DNA from: Cetorhinus maximus
Lineage: Eukaryota
Assembly: GCF_964194155.1 (NCBI RefSeq)
Contig: NC_135886.1
Coordinates: 73,842,001-73,906,000, forward strand
Direction: 5' to 3'
DNA length: 64,000 nucleotides
Shown in pieces: positions 62,126 through 64,000 of this stretch. Each line of letters starts with the position of its first letter. Position 1 is the first letter of the stretch. Below the pieces are notes generated by a model. That model did not search any database. It saw only the letters and a list, made by a program, of their open reading frames with translations, and was not told the DNA's origin. A program made the position numbers and the translations under genes.

Positions 62126-64000
62126 GCCCCGCGAGGACACTATCAGTGTTTGTTGTCATTACTCTGTGAAACTGACAGCAACTCCCGGTTTCTGCACATG
62201 TGCAGTTAAAGGTGGAAATCCAGGAGTTGCTGTCAGTGATTGCCTGCCTCTCCATCAGTTATGCTGATGGAGTCAATGCAGAGGGAAATCTTAGGACTCA
62301 CTTGAATTGATGTGAAATCAATGCATATTGATAGACTATAAAAACCCTTGCAAAACATATGGTGATGAGGTGGAATTGGATTTTTAATTGTGTACCAAGT
62401 CAACAACCTCATTGGCTCTGAAAAATTAATTCTATATTGTGAAATGTCAAATTTCTCCATGATGGTAAAAAATTCCATGGACTTTAAAAAATGTTTGTTT
62501 ATTATATTTAAACTTCTACCTTATTCCCAAGTTATATTCCAATCTTCATTTTGCTCTCTGTAAAATAATTTTAAAATGAAAGATATCCAATGCTTTTAAC
62601 TTCCTGGTTTGCCGTCTGTGACAATTTTTCAATGTGATTTGATGGTTAGCCAGTTTGATGACATCATTGCTGCTGGACATTGGCGATTTCCTCTGGTTGG
62701 TGCCAGAATGAGATTGATTTTGGGAAAGGTGAAATCCACCCCACAGAGATCGCTAGATTTTTGTGAGCAATTTGCTTCGAGATCAGTGACAAACACAGTC
62801 AATTCATCACTCTCACCTAGATCTGGATCAATACATATTCCCGTCAGAAAATTGTATTATCTGAATTAAATTCAATGTTCAAATTACTGTACTTGGGGAT
62901 TCTAATGATAGCAAATGGATACCCTATCAATCCCATCTGTCAGATGACTTTCAGATTCAATGAAACATCTTTAACATAGAAAATCATTTCAAGATGCTTC
63001 ACAGAACTTAAGGAAAGATGTTTGATGAGTTGAGCCAGATGAAGAAGGGAACTGGGTATTAAGGAGGATCTTGAAGGAGGTTTGCGAGATGGAGAGATGC
63101 TGGCTTGGGGAGGGAATTCCAGAGAATGGAATTTAAGCAATTACCAATAATGAGCAAATGAAAAGTGAATACACAAATGTTCTGAGGTAGAGGAATGGAG
63201 ACAGAGGTGTGCAGAAGGGGTTGTAGAACCGCAGAAAATTTCAGAGATAAAGAGGGGATATGTTGCCAAAGCTTTTTCTCTTGCACTCATCAGGACAAAT
63301 GCAAGAATGTCAAATTTCAAACTGTTGTATGAATTTATACTACAGGAGCAAAGGGTGCTGATTGGTTGGCAAACCAACTCAGTGTATGTTAGATATGAGT
63401 CCATGATTGTGCAGCAAGAGGGGAAAGGTCTTGGATTAATTTAAAAACAAGGATTAGGATATTAAATTGGAGACATTTGGGCGGTAGGAATCATGGTTGC
63501 AACTAATGTGTCCTGTGGGAAATACAAAAAGAGAGAATTTTTCCATTTGGTGTCCTACATAATCTATATTCTGAATGGTTTATGTATCACTGGGAGTAAC
63601 CTCTTTGTAAATTCGATTTGACTTTCTGTCAATAGCAAAATATAAATTCAGTCAGAATCCTTCTAAGCCAAATAGGTAAAAATCTGACATGTTGCAGTAG
63701 GTCAGTGAGAAGAGATGTGACCGATGAATGGACTTGATGTGAGATGATGTGGGCAGCAGAATTAGAGTATTATTCATTTATAGATTTAATGCTCAATAAA
63801 TTCATCTGTTGGTACCAGTCTGACAGAACAGGGCCACATGTTGTTGCCAAGCCCCGGCAATCTGGCTTTTAAAAAAATGAATTTTTATATACAAAAGCAT
63901 AGGCAGCCTTCCATCTTCTGTAGTGAAGGAGACCACATGGTAAAATGCGATATCCCAGTCAGCTAGAGTTCTGATCTGCCCTGGAATTTGTGATATTTAG

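Noticed and set aside
58600-64000. AIFM1 or another neighbouring gene after RAB33A
   Set aside because: No recognisable exon found on either strand; the region is mostly repeats
1-64000. CRISPR arrays, operons or phage-defence systems
   Set aside because: Vertebrate spliced genes and retroelements explain the window; recurring short repeats are dispersed TE tails, not regularly spaced arrays

Overview
Eukaryotic, AT-rich, repeat-dense vertebrate genomic DNA; the repeat families suggest a cartilaginous fish such as a shark (inference). Three intron-containing genes lie in tandem on the + strand. CCNB3 (cyclin B3) has 11 coding exons, 1586-17672, 411 aa. MARS2 (mitochondrial methionyl-tRNA synthetase) has 3 coding exons, 25244-31034, 619 aa. 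RAB33A has 2 coding exons, 40294-56852, 231 aa. All exons were reconstructed by hand with GT-AG boundaries and consistent phases. Introns and spacers are filled with CR1/L2-clade LINE fragments, one decayed RTE LINE, TIR-bounded non-autonomous elements, a dispersed 5S rRNA pseudogene and many Penelope-like element (PLE) pieces carrying minimal hammerhead ribozyme motifs. The most striking observation is a PLE inserted at a CCNB3 splice donor. Its 15-bp target-site duplication copies the donor, and its GIY-YIG endonuclease domain is in frame with the cyclin B3 N-terminus, which carries the D-box. No prokaryotic systems such as CRISPR arrays or operons were seen. Repeat boundaries are approximate and repeat family names come from recognition, not from database searches.
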